Virus record (IMG/VR): IMGVR_UViG_3300037470_000143
Span: 1 to 61,494 of that record
Direction: 5' to 3' (one strand)
DNA: 61,494 bases
Source of the DNA: a virus
Taxonomy: Duplodnaviria; Caudoviricetes
The notes beneath the pieces were generated by a model, which did no database searches, was not told where the DNA came from, and saw only the letters and a list, made by a program, of their open reading frames with translations. Positions 55,775-61,494 of the stretch are shown piece by piece. The translations under genes and the position numbers were made by a program. The first letter of the stretch is position 1; the number at the start of each line of letters is the position of its first letter.

Positions 55775-57037
55775 TTAGATCAGGCTCTCGGGTTCATCAG
55801 GTTCATCCCAAGCTTCGTCCAGCATATCCGCCGCCGATTTCAGGGCGGGCTTGGGGTCGTCTTCGGGAACCAGTGCCGGGGACGGTTCGGCTTGTGTCAC
55901 GAGCCGGGCGAACCTTTGGCGGTACTCTGTTTTCCCGATTTCGTCCTCGACCATGGCCGGGGACAAAAGGGTTTTCTTGTAAGCGTCATCCGCGCCGAGC
56001 TGGTCGATCACGATCTTCTCGGCCTTGGCTTCATCCTTCCACTTGCGACGGCCAGCCCGGCCTGCCACGCGCTTCATGCCGGGCACCGGACGGCCCTTGG
56101 TCGCATCGTCCATTGCTTCTTCGTAGAGCTGTGTCAAAAAGCCCGTGATGAGTTTCGTATTCAGAACAATCAGCGAACGCTGTTCGGGCGTCAAGGCCCT
56201 TCTGTCGATCAAATCCAAGCTGTCGTGAGCTTCGACCCGTGCCCCCGCGTCTTCCTCGTCCAGCTCGTCTCCAAGCATCGCCACAATGGCGTCAGCGCGA
56301 GCCTTGCATACGTTATGGGCGGCTGCCGCGCAAAACTGACATTGCTTCGTCCCGGGGCTGTAAGGGGCCTCCGGATCGCGTGTCAGGTTGGCGTCCTTCC
56401 TCAGTTGTCGTCCTTCGCTCAGCAGCGTCGACAGCTGGACCTCCCAGACGCCCCCGCCGCCGGGAGCTCGGGGCTGCTCGATGATGATCTCCACCGTGAT
56501 ATCGCTCGACCCAACACCAGCTTTCTCGAACATCTCACGGGCGAACGTGTTCCAGACGCCCAGAGTATAGCAAATGCCCTGATCGTTCCACTTCGGGAGA
56601 ATTGGAACGCCCGCGCCCCACTTCCAGTCAAAGACCGTCAGGCGCTTGCGCTCAACGTCGATGACGAAGGAATCACTGGTGCCCCCCTCCCCTTCCCCCA
56701 ACCACGGGGAAAGGTCGACCCATTCCTCGACCATCATCACCGCGCCGGGGTAGTTCGAGATCGACCACATCAGGTCGAGCCCGGGAAGCATCTTGTCACA
56801 CATCTCCTGAGTGAACTCGCGCGTCTCCCCATCTTCACAGGGGAGACGAGCCCCGACCATCCCCCACGGCTCCACACCAAACTCCAAGGCCAAAGCCGCG
56901 AAGTGGTGGAAAACCGTGCCTTGGTGGGCTTCTTCACCCGCCGTATCAGGCAGACCGTCACATTCGCGAATCGCCGCCGGGCAAGCCCGCCAACGATGCG
57001 CGGATGAGGGTGATCTGGGGGAATGGTAACCGGGCAT
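55775..57037 (-). CDS. DUF2800 PD-(D/E)xK (Cas4-like) exonuclease
   Basis: HSPRSPSSAHRWRACP, GTSD, DWKWGAG, Q..CY.LG and QCQFC. Confidence 0.88.
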   Translation of the reverse strand: MPGYHSPRSPSSAHRWRACPAAIRECDGLPDTAGEEAHQGTVFHHFAALALEFGVEPWGMVGARLPCEDGETREFTQEMCDKMLPGLDLMWSISNYPGAVMMVEEWVDLSPWLGEGEGGTSDSFVIDVERKRLTVFDWKWGAGVPILPKWNDQGICYTLGVWNTFAREMFEKAGVGSSDITVEIIIEQPRAPGGGGVWEVQLSTLLSEGRQLRKDANLTRDPEAPYSPGTKQCQFCAAAAHNVCKARADAIVAMLGDELDEEDAGARVEAHDSLDLIDRRALTPEQRSLIVLNTKLITGFLTQLYEEAMDDATKGRPVPGMKRVAGRAGRRKWKDEAKAEKIVIDQLGADDAYKKTLLSPAMVEDEIGKTEYRQRFARLVTQAEPSPALVPEDDPKPALKSAADMLDEAWDEPDEPESLI

Positions 57038-57057
57038 CGGTCAGGAGAACCGCACGA

Positions 57058-57399
57058 TCACATCAGATCGTCGTCGTCACCGAAGGGGTCGTCCCCGGCC
57101 TCGAACTGGTCGAGGAAGGCCAGCGCCTCATCATACTGGTTCTCGTCGATCTCACTGATCTTCTTGACGCCGAAGTGCTTGATGACCTTCCGGACGTTCG
57201 CCTTGGCGTCGTCACCTTCGGCGGCCATATAGGCCCCGTAGCGTTTGGCCATCTGATCGAGCGTGGTGGCTTTCTTGCCGCCGGAGCTGCCCTTGGTAGT
57301 GCCGCCGGAGCTGGTTTTGCCCCCGCCGCCCGCCTTCAGGGCGGCTGTATTTTCCTTCATTGCTTCGGTGAGTGCTTTGATCTCGGCTTCGAGAGACAT
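57058..57399 (-). CDS. Small replication-module protein
   Basis: MSLEAEIKALT...FGVKKISEIDENQY; AAGGA RBS. Confidence 0.8.
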   Translation of the reverse strand: MSLEAEIKALTEAMKENTAALKAGGGGKTSSGGTTKGSSGGKKATTLDQMAKRYGAYMAAEGDDAKANVRKVIKHFGVKKISEIDENQYDEALAFLDQFEAGDDPFGDDDDLM

Positions 57400-57512
57400 C
57401 GCGAATTCCTTTCCGTTGGGTTTGTCGCTCGGACTTCATTGCATCGCCTTGGGGGGTTGTCAACCAGATGTTGTTCATTTAAGGCTTGGAAAAGTCACTT
57501 GGAGTTTCACCA

Positions 57513-57764
57513 ATGCCCCTTTTCCACGAGCCAGAGGATGCTCCTGACAAGTTGACAAAGCTGATGCTCACCGCTGTTCCCGAGAACGAGCGGGGCTATA
57601 AAACGCTGACCCATCTCGCCGACCTGATAGGTGTATCGAAATGGGGCCTGAGAAAATGGATCAACGCACAGAAAATCCCCCCTGACAGGGTCGTGGCCAT
57701 TGTGCGAATCAGCGAAGGTCGTGTTGCAGCCGAAGATTTTAATGAGTTCGTTTACAAGGACTGA
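57513..57764 (+). CDS. Cro-like HTH regulator
   Basis: LADLIGVSKWGLRKW HTH; divergent from the replication operon. Confidence 0.75.
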   Translation: MPLFHEPEDAPDKLTKLMLTAVPENERGYKTLTHLADLIGVSKWGLRKWINAQKIPPDRVVAIVRISEGRVAAEDFNEFVYKD

Positions 57765-57849
57765 CCTGTCCGACTAGGATGAAAACTTATCCTCTCTCCT
57801 GACAACGAAGAGGGGTCCGACAAAAAACTACGTGGGGCGGGGAACCTTC

Positions 57850-60660
57850 ATGCCGGAATTAGCAGTTCTTCCGACGTCTATTCTACCTACAACAACAGTC
57901 CGTTACGCGGAAGGCGGCAGCGAAAACCTCGCCGAATCGACCAACAAGGAAACGAGCTTCCGGCAGCTCGGCCTCTCCCTCTCCAAGCCTCTCGTTACGC
58001 GGGAGAAATTCGCCCAGTTCAAGAGCGCAGGGGACCCTGAACAGCACCGTCTGAAGAGAATCGCCGGGTGGATCATCCGCGCCCCGATCACCGGGGGGAA
58101 GCGCAAGAAAGATTCGGTCGAGCACGGCCGCCTCATCACCCTCGACATCGACAATGCGACCCCGGCCTTCATGGAACAACTGCTGGCGGGGGACGTCCTC
58201 CCAGAGTGGACCCTGTTCGCCCACACCACGCGCAGCCACACCCCGGAGAATCCCCGGGTCCGGATAGTCCTGCTGGCCCACAAGCCCATCCAACCGGATG
58301 ACTACCAGCGGGTCTCACGCATCCTCTCCCAGAAGATCGACCCCGACATGTCGATTGTCGACAAGGTCTCTTCCCGGGTCGCCCAGCTGATGTATCGCCC
58401 CAGCTGCTCCGCCGACATGGAGAGGCACTTCCGCTACTACGAGCAGCTGGGTAGCGAGGTTGACTGGGAAGAGCTGATCGACCAGTGGGAGGCCAAAACC
58501 GGGGCCGACTCACGCGACATCACCAAGCTCCCCCGGTTCAAGGACGAATCGGAGCTGCGCGAGGTCGCCGACAAGGTCGAGGACCCGCTGCTGAAGAAAG
58601 GCCCGGTCGGGTACTTCTGCCGGGCCTATTTGATCTCGGAACTGGTCGAGGGGAAGGACGGAGAGCCGCCGATCCTCGAAGGCGTCTACGAGGTTAGCGA
58701 GTGGGACCAGAATGGCACCCCGAAGCGCCTGACCTACCTGCTGGGCCACAGCCAGAACGGGGTGGTCCTCTACAACAACGACACGCTCTGCTACAGCCAC
58801 CACGGCTCCGACCCGGCCGCTGACCGGACCCTGAACGCCTTCGACCTCGTCCGCATCCACCGCTTCGGTGAAGCCGACGACGACATGAACCAGCCGCCGA
58901 ACGCCCGCAAGAGCTACAAGGACATGGTCGCCTTCGCCAAGGACCAGCCCGCCTACAAGCGCCAGCAGGGCCTCGACCGCTACGACATGGCCGCGATGCT
59001 CGACGATGTCGAGGACGACGGCTGGGTCGAGGAAGAGACCGCAGAGGACCTGCTGGGCTTCGACCACATGATGGCTGACGAGCGCCAGAAGGCGCACGAC
59101 GAGGACAATGCCGAGATCGACGACCTGTTGGGGGTGCCAACCGGAAGTGTGGTCCCCGAGATATCCAACCCCTACCAGCGCCTGCGGGCAGAGAAGCCGC
59201 CGAAGGACTGGATCGCGACCGAGCTGGAACTGGGGGCCAATGGTGAGATCAAACCGACCCTGACCAACATGGCGATCATCATCGGCAACGATTCCCGGCT
59301 CTGGCGCAAAATCGCCTTCAACGCCTTCTCGAACCAAGTCATGCTGCTGGGCGACATCAAAACCCGAAACAGCCGAGTCCCCACCGTCTCCGTCCAGAAC
59401 CACGACACAGGCGACAACTGGTCAGACATCAACGACATTGTCATCCGGGCGATCATAGAAGGCCCCGCCGGGCCCGGGCTGCCGGGCTACGGGACGGCCG
59501 TGACGGACCGCAACCTCGTCGGGGGCGTGAAGCTCGCCGCCCGGCGCAACAGCTTCCATCCGATCCGCGATCAGATCGCCCGATGGCGTAAGGTCGAATG
59601 GGATGGGGTCGACAGGGTCGGAACCTTCCTACAGCGCCATCTGGGGGCCGAACAGAACGCCTACACGGCCATGACCATGCGGATGATGCTGATCGCCTCC
59701 ATCGCCCGCGTAGAGACGCCCGGGTGCAAATTCGACTACGCCCTGATCCTCGAAGGTCTGACCGGCATCGGTAAATCGACCCTCATCAAGATTCTCTATG
59801 GCGAAGAGTTCTTCGGCGAGCTGGACGCAGACCTCGCGGACCGGCAGGCCGTGGCGGAGCAGATCGCGGGCAAGTGGGCCCTCGAACTGCCGGAGCTGGG
59901 GTCCCTGTCGAAGTCGGACTACAACCACGCTAAGATATTTATGCGCCGCCAGTTCGACGACGTGCGGCTCGCCTACGACCGCTCGGTCTCGGTGCTGCCC
60001 CGGCAATGCGTCGTCTGGGGCACGACCAACGAGAAAGTCTACCTGAAGGACCCTTATGGCAACCGGAGCTACTGGGTGGTGAAGTGCGAGGCCGAGAACA
60101 TCGACTTCGCGGCGGTCCTGCGCGAGCGCGAGCAGCTGTGGGCTCAGGCCGTCGTCGAGCATGACCGGATGCGGGCCCAGTATCCCAACACCGACATGCC
60201 CCTGACCCTGACCGGAGAAGCTCTGGTGATCGCCCGCGAGCAGCAGGAGAGCGTCCGGATCAAGGAAGCGTGGGAAGACTGGGTCGACCAGCTGATCGAG
60301 TGGTTCGAGCAACCAGTCCACAAAGGCTACCTCCTAGCCGAGATGGGTATCCCTAACGATGATCTCGACGACATGAACGACGAGAAGGTCCAGATGATCG
60401 CGTTCACTCAGGATATGGCCAAGGAAGCTCTTGGGTTCCGGCGCGGCGCGCTGACCAGCCTCGACAACATGCACTGGTCGAAACTGAAGCACCGGCTCGA
60501 AGAGATGGGCTTCATCAGCCACAAGTGCCGGATCGCCGGATCGCCGCCGAAGAACTATCTTATTTCTCCGGACGCGATCACAGACGATCTCCGTCGCGGC
60601 TATACCCAAACGGTAGGGGCGGAGCCCACCCGAGACTCAGAAGATGAAGACCTGATCTGA
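57850..60660 (+). CDS. Primase/helicase with a VirE (virulence-associated E) domain
   Basis: LDID, HTTRSH..PRVR, PGCKFDY, GLTGIGKST, PRQCVVWGTTN and GNRSYW. Confidence 0.9.
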   Translation: MPELAVLPTSILPTTTVRYAEGGSENLAESTNKETSFRQLGLSLSKPLVTREKFAQFKSAGDPEQHRLKRIAGWIIRAPITGGKRKKDSVEHGRLITLDIDNATPAFMEQLLAGDVLPEWTLFAHTTRSHTPENPRVRIVLLAHKPIQPDDYQRVSRILSQKIDPDMSIVDKVSSRVAQLMYRPSCSADMERHFRYYEQLGSEVDWEELIDQWEAKTGADSRDITKLPRFKDESELREVADKVEDPLLKKGPVGYFCRAYLISELVEGKDGEPPILEGVYEVSEWDQNGTPKRLTYLLGHSQNGVVLYNNDTLCYSHHGSDPAADRTLNAFDLVRIHRFGEADDDMNQPPNARKSYKDMVAFAKDQPAYKRQQGLDRYDMAAMLDDVEDDGWVEEETAEDLLGFDHMMADERQKAHDEDNAEIDDLLGVPTGSVVPEISNPYQRLRAEKPPKDWIATELELGANGEIKPTLTNMAIIIGNDSRLWRKIAFNAFSNQVMLLGDIKTRNSRVPTVSVQNHDTGDNWSDINDIVIRAIIEGPAGPGLPGYGTAVTDRNLVGGVKLAARRNSFHPIRDQIARWRKVEWDGVDRVGTFLQRHLGAEQNAYTAMTMRMMLIASIARVETPGCKFDYALILEGLTGIGKSTLIKILYGEEFFGELDADLADRQAVAEQIAGKWALELPELGSLSKSDYNHAKIFMRRQFDDVRLAYDRSVSVLPRQCVVWGTTNEKVYLKDPYGNRSYWVVKCEAENIDFAAVLREREQLWAQAVVEHDRMRAQYPNTDMPLTLTGEALVIAREQQESVRIKEAWEDWVDQLIEWFEQPVHKGYLLAEMGIPNDDLDDMNDEKVQMIAFTQDMAKEALGFRRGALTSLDNMHWSKLKHRLEEMGFISHKCRIAGSPPKNYLISPDAITDDLRRGYTQTVGAEPTRDSEDEDLI

Positions 60661-60836
60661 TGGTGATCGTCTGGAAACCCGCTGTCCCGGTTTACGAGGG
60701 TCAAGACGAAGACGGCACCCGTGGTCTCGTCACCATGCCCGACCCCGCTTTCATCATCGTGGGGAACACCCCCCTGTCGAAAGCATTAGAGTTTTGGGCG
60801 CAGGTAAAGGCGCTCTCTGGTTCAGCCACACTATGA
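60660..60836 (+). CDS. Small hypothetical protein (not in the ORF track)
   Basis: TGATG-coupled to the primase gene; 58 aa translated by hand. Confidence 0.45.
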   Translation: MVIVWKPAVPVYEGQDEDGTRGLVTMPDPAFIIVGNTPLSKALEFWAQVKALSGSATL

Positions 60837-60940
60837 GACTGCTCGTCTGGGGTGGCCCGTGGGCGCTCCCGGGGCGTCCCCGTGGACGAAATTCCAGAAT
60901 TACCCTGATCCACTAACTCGCCTTTAAGGAGAGCCCCCTG

Positions 60941-61310
60941 TGTGGGGGACCTCATTTCCCCCGTGTGGGGGACCGGGGGGTGTTCCAGACCGTTCCGGGG
61001 TGTTCCAAAGGGGGGTAACGGGAATTTCCCTTTAGAATCAACAGGTGTTCCGGGTGTTCCGGGCGTTCCGGGCATTTTGACCCCTAGAGGCACAGGAGAG
61101 CGCCAGAACCCCAAAACAGCTTGCACTAATCGAACCGTAGCACGGTTTCACCCCCCAGAATCGTCCTCTGCTGAAATGTCTCCTCCAAACACCTTTTTCT
61201 CTGGAACACTGGAACACCCCCTATTAACCTGTTGGTATAATTAGGAGAATGCCGTTCCAGACCCTTTGGAACACCCCGGAACACCCCGGAACACCTTAAT
61301 TACACTTATA
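60941..61310. repeat. Iteron-like repeats, candidate replication origin
   Basis: GTGTTCC cluster (60980-61070) facing a GGAACAC cluster (61203-61295), with AT-richer patches. Confidence 0.6.
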
Positions 61311-61416
61311 GGTTGTGGCTGTGGGGGATTTCGGGGATTTTGTGCTGTGGGGGACCCTCTGTGGGGGAATATAGGTCTGTGTTGCTGACCTTTACCGAAA
61401 ACTCTGAGGAACCGGG

Positions 61417-61428
61417 GCTCAGCGCACC
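61417..61428 (-). other. Candidate cosN (12-nt cohesive end GGTGCGCTGAGC)
   Basis: Matches at 11/12 the phage Chi cohesive end as recalled (GGTGCGCAGAGC), in non-coding DNA beyond the primase gene. Confidence 0.65.
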
Positions 61429-61494
61429 CCCCCGGGCGACCAACTACCCTCAGAGGGACCCAAGCGACCCCTCCCCCACGCCACCCCCGCGCCA

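Larger units (their letters stand above)
1..61494. mobile_element. Near-complete Chi-like siphophage genome, alphaproteobacterial host, probably lytic
   Basis: Chi-type order DUF2800-SSB-PolA-VRR-NUC-SNF2-TerS-TerL(GpA)-gpW-portal-S49-decoration-MCP-tail-lysis, with divergent HTH and VirE primase; GapR-like gene; no integrase seen. Confidence 0.9.

Noticed and set aside
55073-57007. Long antisense ORFs (644 aa here; also 2951-4033, 15822-16988 and 46653-47807)
   Set aside because: They are shadows of well-supported genes on the opposite strand, as expected in high-GC DNA
57513-57764. Lysogeny module
   Set aside because: Only a single Cro-like HTH; no integrase, parA or CI-type peptidase repressor was recognised
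60701-61244. ORFs with PGTPGT or GVPGVP repeats
   Set aside because: They are translations of the iteron-like DNA repeats
61296-61310. Full CtrA box
   Set aside because: TTAA-N7-TATA has two mismatches in the second half-site, which is too weak to call

Overview
The window looks like an essentially complete ~61.5-kb genome of a Chi-like (Casjensviridae-type) siphophage with an alphaproteobacterial host (GapR/DUF2312 homologue, class II RNR, ThyX). No integrase, tRNA or CRISPR array was seen. The + arm (0.9-21.9 kb) carries early and accessory genes. The - arm (57.4-21.9 kb) carries a DUF2800 nuclease, SSB, PolA, VRR-NUC, SNF2 helicase, a lambda-like head/tail module and lysis genes. A divergent HTH plus VirE-type primase, an iteron-like region and a Chi-like 12-nt cos candidate (61417-61428) close the window. 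Most interesting observations: (1) the predicted first-ejected ~5.4 kb is rich in CcrM GANTC sites and poor in GATC, has repeated hairpin/RBS leaders, and ends at a tandem-repeat boundary; (2) at least seven unrelated proteins end in the same acidic (D/S)L(I/M/V) tail; (3) the MT-A70 methyltransferase and TerS share a near-identical C-terminal decapeptide encoded by a 22-bp inverted repeat that brackets the whole virion/lysis module; (4) an 82-aa protein is built from shuffled family-A polymerase motifs, and there is a stand-alone LigA Ia fragment. All family calls are from motif recognition and synteny, and all counts are by hand; no searches were run.
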